41,801 nucleotides of DNA, from sequence record PZ179881.1; one strand, 5' to 3'. Made by a program: the position numbers and the translations under genes. How positions within the stretch are numbered: the stretch's first letter is position 1; each line of letters starts with the position of its first letter. The notes beneath the pieces were generated by a model. That model saw only the letters and a program-made list of their open reading frames with translations. It did no database searches and was not told the DNA's origin. Positions 1-7,355 of this stretch are shown one piece after another. This stretch comes from a phage.

Positions 1-1926
1 ATGACTATTCCATATAACGTTTTGATGGAAACTGAGGAGGAAATGGCAGCACGTCTGGAGGAGGAGGGTAACGCCCTCCCCTACCTCTCGGACGAAGACT
101 TTGCCAATATGAGTGAGCTGGAGCAGGAACGCCGTGTGCGCCTGGAACAGCTCGCCGCTCTACAGATTCACTACAAAGACTTCAAGCGTTTCCTCACCGA
201 CGTTATGGTGGAGTTAGGCTTCTCAGTATCAAAGATTCAGGCCGACATTGCTGACTTCATGGTCAACGGCGGCAAGTACATCATGATTGAGGCACAGCGT
301 TCGCAGGCTAAGACGACCATCGCAGCCGCGTTCTGCGTGTGGCAGCTCATTCATGACCCGAAACACCGTGTGCTGATTATCTCAGCAGGCGGCTCGCAGG
401 CAACTGATATCTCCACCCTGGTCATTCGTATCATCATGAATATGGATGTGCTGGAGTGTATGCGCCCGGATAAAGCGAAGGGCGACCGTGTATCGGTAGA
501 GAAGTTCGACCTGCACTACTCTCTGCGCAAGCTGGATAAATCGGCTTCCGTAAGCTGCTGCGGTATCACCGCTAACTTGCAGGGCCGCCGTGCCGATACC
601 CTGCTGGCGGACGATATCGAGTCCCAGAAGAACTCCCTGACTGCCCTGATGCGTGAACAGCTCCTGGCTAAAACCCTCGACTTCACCTCCATCAACCAGT
701 CCGGTCGAATCATCTACCTGGGTACTCCGCAGTCCTCTGACTCAATCTACAACACCCTGCCGGGCCGTGGCTACAACGTCCGCATCTGGCCGGGGCGATT
801 CCCTACCAAAGAACAGCTCCCGTACTACGGTGAGCACCTGGCTCCGCTGCTGGCGTCCATTATGGAGCGCTACCCGGAAGTGCAGGGCGGTGGTGGTATC
901 AACGGCGACCAGGGAATCCCTATCGAGCCTTCTTTCCTGGGTGAGGAAATCCTCCAGGCTAAGGAGAAAGACCAGGGGCCAGCTTGGTTCCAACTCCAGC
1001 ACATGCTGAACACTAAACTGATGGACGCCGAACGGTATCCATTGAAGACTGACAACTGCCTCACTATGCCGATTCGCGTAGGAGACGAACTACCACTGGA
1101 GATTAAACGTGGCTACGACTACCGCGAAGTGCAAGTCGAAGGCAAGACCTACCGATTCGCTAAGCCTCACACATATTCCGCAGAACTGGCTAAGCCTACA
1201 GGCATCTGCTTCTACATCGACCCCGCAGGTGGGGGTAAAGGTAAAGGCACTCATGGGGGTGACGAAACTGGCTGGGCGTGTACTGCCTTCCTAAACGGTA
1301 ACATCTTCGTGCTGGGCTACGGCGGCATCAAAGGCGGCTATGGCCTGAACGGTTCCGGTGAAACGGATGGCTCTATGGTCAAGCTGGCCGAGCTGGTTAA
1401 ACGCTTCAAGCCCAACGTGGTTAAGATTGAGCAGAACTTCGGCTACGGTGCATTCCGTGCTGTCTTCCTGCCAATCCTGCGCGAGGTCTACCCGGATTGC
1501 TCCGTGGAAGACGACTTCGTTACCGGGCAGAAGGAAGTCCGTATCATCGACATTCTTGAGCCTATCATTGCTCGTGGTTCCCTCATCTTCGCAGAGGACG
1601 CCCTTCTGGGCGAGCGGCAGTCACTCCAGATTCACCCGGACGTGAACCGCATCACCTACTGCATGATGCAGCAGATGAACCACATCACCCGTGACCGTGA
1701 CTCCCTGATTCACGACGACCGACTGGATGCCCTGGCTGGCGCTTGCTACCATTGGGAACAGCAGCTCATCGTTGACCAGCACGAGATTCGGAAACGGATG
1801 CAGGAGGCCGAGGAGAAGAAGTTCTGGGCTGACCCGCTACAGCACAATCGCATTAAGCAGCAGGGCCAAGTGTTCAATCGTGGCACTGGCATGAACATGC
1901 TCGCACACCGTCGCGGTCGCCGTTAG
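1..1926 (+). CDS. terL: Terminase large subunit (T7 gp19-like packaging ATPase/nuclease)
   Basis: 641-aa ORF; its ATG at 1-3 overlaps the stop of the upstream small-terminase ORF across the window boundary (TA + A); size, position and remembered similarity to T7-group large terminases. Confidence 0.85.
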   Translation: MTIPYNVLMETEEEMAARLEEEGNALPYLSDEDFANMSELEQERRVRLEQLAALQIHYKDFKRFLTDVMVELGFSVSKIQADIADFMVNGGKYIMIEAQRSQAKTTIAAAFCVWQLIHDPKHRVLIISAGGSQATDISTLVIRIIMNMDVLECMRPDKAKGDRVSVEKFDLHYSLRKLDKSASVSCCGITANLQGRRADTLLADDIESQKNSLTALMREQLLAKTLDFTSINQSGRIIYLGTPQSSDSIYNTLPGRGYNVRIWPGRFPTKEQLPYYGEHLAPLLASIMERYPEVQGGGGINGDQGIPIEPSFLGEEILQAKEKDQGPAWFQLQHMLNTKLMDAERYPLKTDNCLTMPIRVGDELPLEIKRGYDYREVQVEGKTYRFAKPHTYSAELAKPTGICFYIDPAGGGKGKGTHGGDETGWACTAFLNGNIFVLGYGGIKGGYGLNGSGETDGSMVKLAELVKRFKPNVVKIEQNFGYGAFRAVFLPILREVYPDCSVEDDFVTGQKEVRIIDILEPIIARGSLIFAEDALLGERQSLQIHPDVNRITYCMMQQMNHITRDRDSLIHDDRLDALAGACYHWEQQLIVDQHEIRKRMQEAEEKKFWADPLQHNRIKQQGQVFNRGTGMNMLAHRRGRR

Positions 1927-1972
1927 GCCGCGCACCAAAATTCCTTTTTAAAAATTCTTTGGAGAAATCACT

Positions 1973-2878
1973 ATGTTCGTACATGAAGCCCCATTCCTCG
2001 GCGCAGTATCCGGTGCAGGTCAGCTCCGTCGTGACGCAGTTCGTCTGCAATGCTATGCGGAAGTCAACACTGGCGCTCAGCCGGACGTGCTGGCGTTCTG
2101 GGAATCTCAGAAAGCCCTGGCTGATGTTGACCACGGCCTGCCGTATGATGGCACCTATGTTCCCGGCGTAATCGACCTGCGCCCGGCTTGTTACAAGGTG
2201 CTGTCCCATTACCGTATGTTCAACCCGGAAGGTATCCAGGACTACAAAGACTTCTGCGACTTCTTCATTGAAGCCAACGGAGGCGTTACTGTACCTCTGG
2301 GTTTTAGTAAGAACCTGTCAGGCTCGAACGCATCGGATGCAGAAGGCACCTATGTCCCGGCAGGTTCTACCTACACTAACAGCGTCGAAGTAACAGGCGG
2401 CAAAGCTCCATATACCTACCAGTGGTTCAAGCGTTCTGGTGGTGTAGACCAGCCTGTAGGAACCGATGCACCGGAGTACAGCATCCCTAACTACGCAGCA
2501 GGTAACAACGGTGATTACTTCGTCCGGGTTACTGATGCCAAAGGTACAGTTATTGAGTCTACCCGTGACCGTACCCGTGTTGCAGTGAGCCTGACTACCA
2601 ACCTGCCAACCACGGCTACCTGGACTGAGGGTACTGCGGCAACCCTGCGGGTTTGGGCGGCTAATGGCTTCCATCCATACGCTTACCAGTGGTTCAAAGA
2701 CGGTGTAGCGACGGGCAACACTGGTGCTTCCCTGAACAAATCTTCACCTACTGCTGCTGATGCAGGCGTGTATCATTGTCTCGTTACCAGTGCAAACACC
2801 CGTGCACCTCGGACGGTTGAGTCCGTTAAGTGCACTGTGACTGTCAATCCGGCACCGCCAGTTGAACCAGTGGAATAA
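1973..2878 (+). CDS. Ig-like domain protein (two tandem immunoglobulin-like domains); possible virion decoration/adhesion protein
   Basis: 301-aa ORF with GGAG 8 nt upstream of ATG; two repeats of the Ig I-set-like pattern (YTYQWFKRSGG...GDYFVRVTDAKG and YAYQWFKDGVATGN...DAGVYHCLVTSAN); N-terminal ~110 aa unrecognised. Confidence 0.6.
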   Translation: MFVHEAPFLGAVSGAGQLRRDAVRLQCYAEVNTGAQPDVLAFWESQKALADVDHGLPYDGTYVPGVIDLRPACYKVLSHYRMFNPEGIQDYKDFCDFFIEANGGVTVPLGFSKNLSGSNASDAEGTYVPAGSTYTNSVEVTGGKAPYTYQWFKRSGGVDQPVGTDAPEYSIPNYAAGNNGDYFVRVTDAKGTVIESTRDRTRVAVSLTTNLPTTATWTEGTAATLRVWAANGFHPYAYQWFKDGVATGNTGASLNKSSPTAADAGVYHCLVTSANTRAPRTVESVKCTVTVNPAPPVEPVE

Positions 2879-2886
2879 CAAGGAGG

Positions 2887-2904
2887 GCCGGGTGAAAGCC
2901 CGGC
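2887..2904 (+). promoter_or_regulatory. Hairpin between SD and start codon of the endolysin gene
   Basis: GCCGGG-TGAAAG-CCCGGC (6-bp GC stem) sits between AGGAGG (2881-2886) and ATG 2912; folding would bring the SD to about 7 nt from the start. Confidence 0.4.
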
Positions 2905-2911
2905 ATTTACT

Positions 2912-3484
2912 ATGAGCATCAAACAGAAGGTGGCGCTTGGTTCTATCGCCAGCGTCCTATCAATCATCGCTACTGTATACCCGAATGAGCTGCACACCTC
3001 TGACCGGGGACTACAGCACATAGCCCAATGGGAACAGTATGCTACCCGGACTTACCTGGACAGCGTTGGAGTACCGACCATTGGCCTGGGTGCTACAATC
3101 TGGCTCGACGGGAAGCGCCCTAAAGCGGGCCAGGAGGCCTCGGACTTCCAGGCAGCCCAACTGTTCATCCGTGACATTAAAGTGGCTGAGAAGTGCGTTC
3201 TGGAGCGCCTGGATGGTGCTGCGATGCCTCAGTCGGTATTCGATGCGTCAGTATCCCTGATTCACAATACCGGGTGCGCTGGTGCAACCTACAACCCTAA
3301 GCGTAAGGCTAAGACCAACCTCCGATTACAGGCTGAGGCCCATAACTGGTCACAGGTCTGCTACCGCATGGGTGACTTCATCTACGCTGGTGGCCGGGTA
3401 TCCAAAGGTCTGGTTAACCGCCGCACCGCTGACCAAAGGCTATGCCTGGAGGACTTACCGAATGTTTCCCTCAACCGCCGTTAA
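2912..3484 (+). CDS. SAR-endolysin (T4-lysozyme-type muramidase with N-terminal signal-anchor-release domain)
   Basis: 190 aa; weakly hydrophobic Gly/Ala/Ser-rich N-terminus (VALGSIASVLSIIATVY) followed by E-x8-D-x5-T catalytic spacing (WEQYATRTYLDSVGVPT), as in phiKMV/P21-type SAR lysozymes. Confidence 0.8.
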   Translation: MSIKQKVALGSIASVLSIIATVYPNELHTSDRGLQHIAQWEQYATRTYLDSVGVPTIGLGATIWLDGKRPKAGQEASDFQAAQLFIRDIKVAEKCVLERLDGAAMPQSVFDASVSLIHNTGCAGATYNPKRKAKTNLRLQAEAHNWSQVCYRMGDFIYAGGRVSKGLVNRRTADQRLCLEDLPNVSLNRR

Positions 3485-3833
3485 GAAGGTAGCAGCAGTG
3501 GCCCTGGTTGCCGCTGTGCTGGCCTCTCTGCTGTTCCTGGTACACTTCTATAAGGATAAGGCTGATACGGCCACAGAGCGGCTCCAGGGCGTTACTACGG
3601 AGCTTACTGAGACTCGTGATGCCTATGACCGATACGTTAACGAGCAGAGCCTCATCCGGGATATCCTGGCTGCTGGTGCTGCGGCTAAGCAGGCCTCAAA
3701 GGAGAAGACTGATGATGCCATTACGAAACACAAGGCTTCCGGTACTCGTGTCACTGTTAGCGATGCTGACGCTGACCTCCTGTACCAGAGAAGTCGTGAA
3801 GTACGAGAGGGTGCCGCTGGTTCTATCCAGTGA
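3462..3833 (+). CDS. i-spanin (Rz-like)
   Basis: ATG at 3462 (in frame with track ORF 3282-3833), GGAGG ~10 nt upstream; N-terminal TM segment (VAAVALVAAVLASLLFLV) then charged helical periplasmic domain; start overlaps endolysin 3' end. Confidence 0.65.
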   Translation: MFPSTAVKKVAAVALVAAVLASLLFLVHFYKDKADTATERLQGVTTELTETRDAYDRYVNEQSLIRDILAAGAAAKQASKEKTDDAITKHKASGTRVTVSDADADLLYQRSREVREGAAGSIQ

Positions 3834-3999
3834 GGTTACTGACCCGGTTAAGCCTCCGCTGTTCCAGAAGGATACCGACCTGGTTGAGTACGCCTTGCAG
3901 CTCCTGGGTGATATTGAGCAGATGAACCAAGACCGCGCTACTGTGCGGAAAGCTGTGGATACCCACAACGGTGCCTCTGTGACTCACCCTGTGAAGTAA
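3712..3999 (+). CDS. o-spanin (Rz1-like outer-membrane lipoprotein)
   Basis: Internal ATG of track ORF 3508-3999 with GGAG 8 nt upstream; signal peptide ending in lipobox-like LTSC; short Pro-rich mature region; out of frame and overlapping the i-spanin gene. Confidence 0.6.
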   Translation: MMPLRNTRLPVLVSLLAMLTLTSCTREVVKYERVPLVLSSEVTDPVKPPLFQKDTDLVEYALQLLGDIEQMNQDRATVRKAVDTHNGASVTHPVK

Positions 4000-4043
4000 C
4001 CCTGTGCTGGGCCGTCGGTGAGTGTATACCTGCGGCCCAAATA

Positions 4044-4052
4044 TGGTATAAT
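4044..4052 (+). promoter_or_regulatory. Extended -10 element TGgTATAAT (possible host promoter)
   Basis: Perfect TATAAT with upstream TG; no convincing -35; located just after the lysis cassette at the start of the non-coding terminal region. Confidence 0.25.
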
Positions 4053-4149
4053 TATGCGAGACGGTAGCGACCCGGCGCGGAACCCGTACTTCCCCCATAG
4101 GGCACCCGGCGGAACCATCGGAGTGACCATCTGGCCATCTGGACGGCTA

Positions 4150-4190
4150 AACGGGGAGCCTGCCGGATAACCGGGGAGCGAACCGGGGAG
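4150..4190 (+). repeat. Three direct copies of AACsGGGGAG
   Basis: AACGGGGAG (4150-4158), AACCGGGGAG (4169-4178), AACCGGGGAG (4181-4190); flanked by further CCGGGT / GGGTTA-rich repeats to about 4460. Confidence 0.5.
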
Positions 4191-4503
4191 AACCTCGCTT
4201 TAACCTGTGGGTTAGCCGGGTTGCCCTGTGCTTTACTCTGTGCGGTATCCTGTGCGTTAACCGGGTTGTACTCACCACGTCCCGCAGGTTTATCAGAGTC
4301 GCCACGGGTTAGACTCAAGGGTTATCGGTTGGTGAGTTTAGCAGTTACATCACCGGGTAACGAGGGTATCGGGTTAACAGTGGCTATAGTAACAGGGTTA
4401 GCCGGGAGTGTCAACCGGGTTTATTCATTGGGTTACTCATTGGTTTAAATCCGGGTAGACAGGCGGCCTATCTGTATCTTCTGCCATTACCCAGAGAGTA
4501 AAT

Positions 4504-4527
4504 CTGAATTGGCACCCCTATAGTAAC
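4504..4527 (+). promoter_or_regulatory. Phage RNAP promoter (CTGAATTGGCACCCCTATAGTAAC) in terminal/leader region
   Basis: One of four near-identical + strand copies of yTGAwTTGGCACyCCTATAG; resembles the SP6/K11 class of single-subunit RNAP promoters (xxCACTATAG core); predicted +1 at the final G (4523). Confidence 0.65.
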
Positions 4528-4565
4528 AGAACGGTCGAATGCGGCTTGTGTATCTGTTACGGCGG

Positions 4566-4770
4566 TAACCCGGAGGGAAGGGAGGGAGGAGAGAGACACG
4601 GGAGAGAGTAACCCAGAGAGGAGACTACCCGGAGAGACTACCCAGAGCATAGCCCAGAGGTTAGCACCCAGAGAGTAACCCAGAGGAGAGCAACCCGGAT
4701 AAGCTAACCCGGTTAACAGACACGGAGAGCAAGCCAGAGAGTAACCCGGCATAGCATAACCCGGAGAGCT
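4566..4770 (+). repeat. Array of about 13 short purine-rich direct repeats (CCCrGAGAG-type units, period about 12-13 bp)
   Basis: Visible tandem units such as ACCCAGAGAG, CCCGGAGAG, CCCAGAGGAGAG, often followed by TAA or CTA; starts about 40 nt downstream of the phage promoter at 4504. Confidence 0.6.
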
Positions 4771-4805
4771 ACCGCCTATAGTAAACCCGGCTAACCCTGG
4801 TTAAC

Positions 4806-4817
4806 CTGCACTCGCAA
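4806..4817 (+). repeat. Recurring hairpin motif copy 1 (CTGCACTCGCAA)
   Basis: Core GCACTCGCA, potential TGC-ACTC-GCA stem-loop; intergenic, ~30 nt upstream of the sigma70-like promoter. Confidence 0.5.
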
Positions 4818-4848
4818 AGGGTATCTGTAAATAATTTCTAAAAGAGTG

Positions 4849-4878
4849 TTGACACGGGCTAATCAGTATTGCTATAGT
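4849..4878 (+). promoter_or_regulatory. Sigma70-type host promoter candidate (early)
   Basis: TTGACA (4849-4854), 18-bp spacer, TGcTATAGT extended -10 (4870-4878); AT-rich stretch upstream (4826-4846). Confidence 0.5.
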
Positions 4879-4988
4879 TCACATCGTCGAAGGGCAACAC
4901 GGAAACGGATAGCCCAGAGATACCCGGTCAAGCGGGTTAAGTAGACAGCCTGCTCAGTCATACGAACAACAGGCACTTGACAAGATGT

Positions 4989-5029
4989 GATGTAACGTAG
5001 TACCTTAGTAACCGATGTAACGCAGTACC
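4989..5029 (+). repeat. 16-bp direct repeat pair GATGTAACGyAGTACC
   Basis: Copies at 4989-5004 and 5014-5029 differ at one position; between a TTGACA box (4977-4982) and the first early ORF; candidate protein-binding site. Confidence 0.45.
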
Positions 5030-5088
5030 GCTCTTTAACAATCCGGGTAATCTATCAAGTGATGCCGTCTAACAATGAGGGTAACACG

Positions 5089-5400
5089 ATGGAATTAAAG
5101 AAACAGTTGACACGCTATAAACGCAGTGCTAACGTAGAAAAGCTCCACCAGACGCTAAGCGCTGAGGCGATGCAGAAGGATGGGCAAGCGGCACGACGCC
5201 GCAAGAAACAGCTAAGCGAGCGGCTTTACATTCCGCAAGTTATAAGCTCTAATGACTTCTCCGATAAGGGGAACATGCGCAAGACGGCAGCTAGGAGCAA
5301 TCAGGGCAACGTCCGCGCCATCGGCAATAAGACCGATGTTAAGATTAACAGCTATTGGTCAAGTAAACGCGGCGATAACATGCCGAAAGATAAAGGTTGA
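5089..5400 (+). CDS. Hypothetical early protein (very basic, low complexity)
   Basis: ATG at 5089 with GAGGG 7 nt upstream (track ORF 5059 begins at an upstream GTG); first ORF after the terminal promoter region; coding status less certain because composition looks atypical. Confidence 0.45.
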   Translation: MELKKQLTRYKRSANVEKLHQTLSAEAMQKDGQAARRRKKQLSERLYIPQVISSNDFSDKGNMRKTAARSNQGNVRAIGNKTDVKINSYWSSKRGDNMPKDKG

Positions 5401-5453
5401 CAGCTACGGCGTCACCTGATAGATTACCCGGACAGTTAGCCAGTGACCGCAAC

Positions 5454-5465
5454 CCGCACTCGCAA
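5454..5465 (+). repeat. Recurring hairpin motif copy 2 (CCGCACTCGCAA)
   Basis: Core GCACTCGCA flanked by AACCC ... GGGTT, which can extend the stem; in the ORF-free gap. Confidence 0.5.
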
Positions 5466-5936
5466 GGGTTCAAACGGTTGAGTCACTGAGTTAACAAATC
5501 GCTTGACACTAAGCGATAACATGATGTAAAGTGATTACCGAGTTGACACGATGTTGGTGTCCTCCACGGCAGGGCGAGTAAACAGCCAGCCGATGCGCAG
5601 TCCTCCGGCGCGATGAGTCCTACGGGACGGTAGATGGGGAGGCCGAGCTAGGATTTAGGTCACATAAAATAATCCGAAGGGTGTGTGGCGAGCATTACCG
5701 TCTTATAGTCGAAAGGCTCACGGTAGGAATCGCGGCAAAGGTTCTCTTATCCAGTCAGTACAGGGATAACGTCCGATGCCACCAACGAGATAACATCCAG
5801 AGACGCTGGACGGTTGGAACTGAGTACGCTTAACGGTGGAAATGGGAAGGCTTGCGTAGTGATGTTATCTGGTTGGTTAATGTAAGCGTCATTGATGTGA
5901 TGGCGCTGACTTTAACTAACAACTGAGGATATAATC

Positions 5937-6506
5937 ATGGCAACTGCAAAAATCAACTTCGCTAAACTGACCACCACTGAGCAGATGGACGCGGCAATCG
6001 CCAACGTAGCAGAACGCTCTAACCTGCTGCAAGCTGACATTCAGCACGTCGCTGTAGCTATCCTGTGCCACGCCTTCCGTACTGGCGACTACACTCGTGC
6101 TAACACGCTGCACGATGCGCTGGGTGCTGGTGTACGCCGCAAGGGTCTGGTAGCGTGGTTCAGCAAGGGTGGCCTCAAGGTGTCTGAGAAAGAGCAGGCA
6201 TTCGTGGGCTTTGAGCAAGACCTTGATGCCCTGCGTATCAAGGCTGAGAAGGGTGACGACAAGGCTAAGGCTAAGGTCGTGGCTCACCTCGACGCGATGA
6301 AGAAACAGAACTGGTGGGACATGAAGCCGGAGAATAGCTTCGCTGGCTTTGACTTTGAGGCTGAGGTTGCCCGCCTGATTAAACGTGCGCAGAAAGCCAT
6401 TGAGAAGGATGGCGCTACGCCTTCCGATGCTAAGGGTGAGGACTACAAAATGACTGTGACGCCTGAGAAGCTGGCCCAGCTCAAGGCTCTGGTAGGTGCA
6501 GCATGA
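5937..6506 (+). CDS. Hypothetical early protein
   Basis: 189-aa ORF, GAGGA 7-8 nt upstream of ATG; no recognisable motif. Confidence 0.7.
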   Translation: MATAKINFAKLTTTEQMDAAIANVAERSNLLQADIQHVAVAILCHAFRTGDYTRANTLHDALGAGVRRKGLVAWFSKGGLKVSEKEQAFVGFEQDLDALRIKAEKGDDKAKAKVVAHLDAMKKQNWWDMKPENSFAGFDFEAEVARLIKRAQKAIEKDGATPSDAKGEDYKMTVTPEKLAQLKALVGAA

Positions 6507-6781
6507 TTAAGTCTATCAGCGTGGCGGTGCCTGAGCACCGCGCTGTACCCTGCAAGTCAAAGGTGAGCTGGTCGTCACCATTCCATAGCCGCGTGAAGTA
6601 TGAGGAGTACCTCAAGCGCTATGACTATGTGGTGGGTGTCAATGGTGTGGCGTTTATCACCCGCACCTTGAAGCATAACGGCCTCGTGATGATTGCGACG
6701 GTCAAGGTGTACTTTGAGAATGCACCTGTGGTAGAGTTCAGCTATGCGCCAAGTCATGCGCTGCTGGAATCCCTTGCGTAA
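6503..6781 (+). CDS. Hypothetical early protein
   Basis: 92-aa ORF whose ATG overlaps the upstream stop (ATGA), suggesting translational coupling. Confidence 0.6.
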   Translation: MIKSISVAVPEHRAVPCKSKVSWSSPFHSRVKYEEYLKRYDYVVGVNGVAFITRTLKHNGLVMIATVKVYFENAPVVEFSYAPSHALLESLA

Positions 6782-6901
6782 TGTGTTTGGTGTGTGGTGC
6801 TGGTTAACTCCCGGCACCACTGACCACGACAACTACCTCCTGATGTATGGGTGGAATGTCAAGGTGACTCAATGGAGAAGGTGACAGGCCGATGGCTTGC
6901 T

Positions 6902-6912
6902 TGCACTCGCAG
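6902..6912 (+). repeat. Recurring hairpin motif copy 3 (TGCACTCGCAG)
   Basis: Intergenic, ~40 nt upstream of the ORF starting at 6951. Confidence 0.5.
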
Positions 6913-6950
6913 GCCATTATCATGTTCCCTAATGATGTGAGGATGTAACG

Positions 6951-7355
6951 ATGTTTACTGTATTCCTGAGCGCGTTCCGTGGTGAGCGCACGTTTGAGCA
7001 GAACGTACTGAAATCTGCTGAGCTGGCTTCCCTGCTGATTAATCAGGGCTATACGCCGGAAGTGGTGGCGGGATTCTACCCGGAGAACGGCGGCCAGACC
7101 GTGACGTTTGAGCAGTCCTACGCCGTGCGTGTTGAGACGTATGCTGAGTGCGTCAAGTTGGCACAACTGGCGGGCGATGCGTTCCAGCAGGAATGTGTCC
7201 TGGTGGTCGATGTGCTTGACCGCATGGCTGCATCGTACCTGTACCCGGCTGGTGACTCCACGACTGAGGGTTACCTGCGTCGCCAGACTGAGCAGCCAGA
7301 GGGTGCGCGTAGTCAGTGGCGCGGTGCGTGGTGGACTATTGAGGCGACTGCGTGA
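6951..7355 (+). CDS. Hypothetical early protein
   Basis: 134-aa ORF with GAGGA upstream of ATG. Confidence 0.65.
   Translation: MFTVFLSAFRGERTFEQNVLKSAELASLLINQGYTPEVVAGFYPENGGQTVTFEQSYAVRVETYAECVKLAQLAGDAFQQECVLVVDVLDRMAASYLYPAGDSTTEGYLRRQTEQPEGARSQWRGAWWTIEATA

Noticed and set aside
653-1645. Alternate-frame + strand ORFs inside terL (653-1009, 1358-1645)
   Set aside because: Embedded out of frame within the 641-aa terminase ORF; no SD; composition-driven.
4384-4395. Partial promoter-like CTATAGTAACAG, and a similar CTATAGTAAAC at 4786-4796
   Set aside because: They match only the initiation half and lack the upstream TTGGCACCC recognition region, so are unlikely to bind the phage RNAP.
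4221-4448. 75-aa + strand ORF starting at TTG
   Set aside because: Sits entirely within the CCGGGT/GGGTTA repeat region, has no SD, and its translation is low complexity.
4566-4770. Possible CRISPR array
   Set aside because: Units are only ~9-13 bp with irregular short spacers rather than 25-40 bp repeats with unique spacers; no cas genes; context is a phage terminal region.
5466-5477. tRNA-like T-loop sequence GGTTCAAACGG
   Set aside because: Flanking bases do not form a T-stem or acceptor stem; no cloverleaf can be drawn.
5543-5548. TTGACA hexamer as a promoter -35
   Set aside because: No acceptable -10 hexamer 16-19 bp downstream; the similar boxes at 4977, 5106 and 14181/14195 also lack a convincing -10, so only the 4849-4878 candidate was kept.
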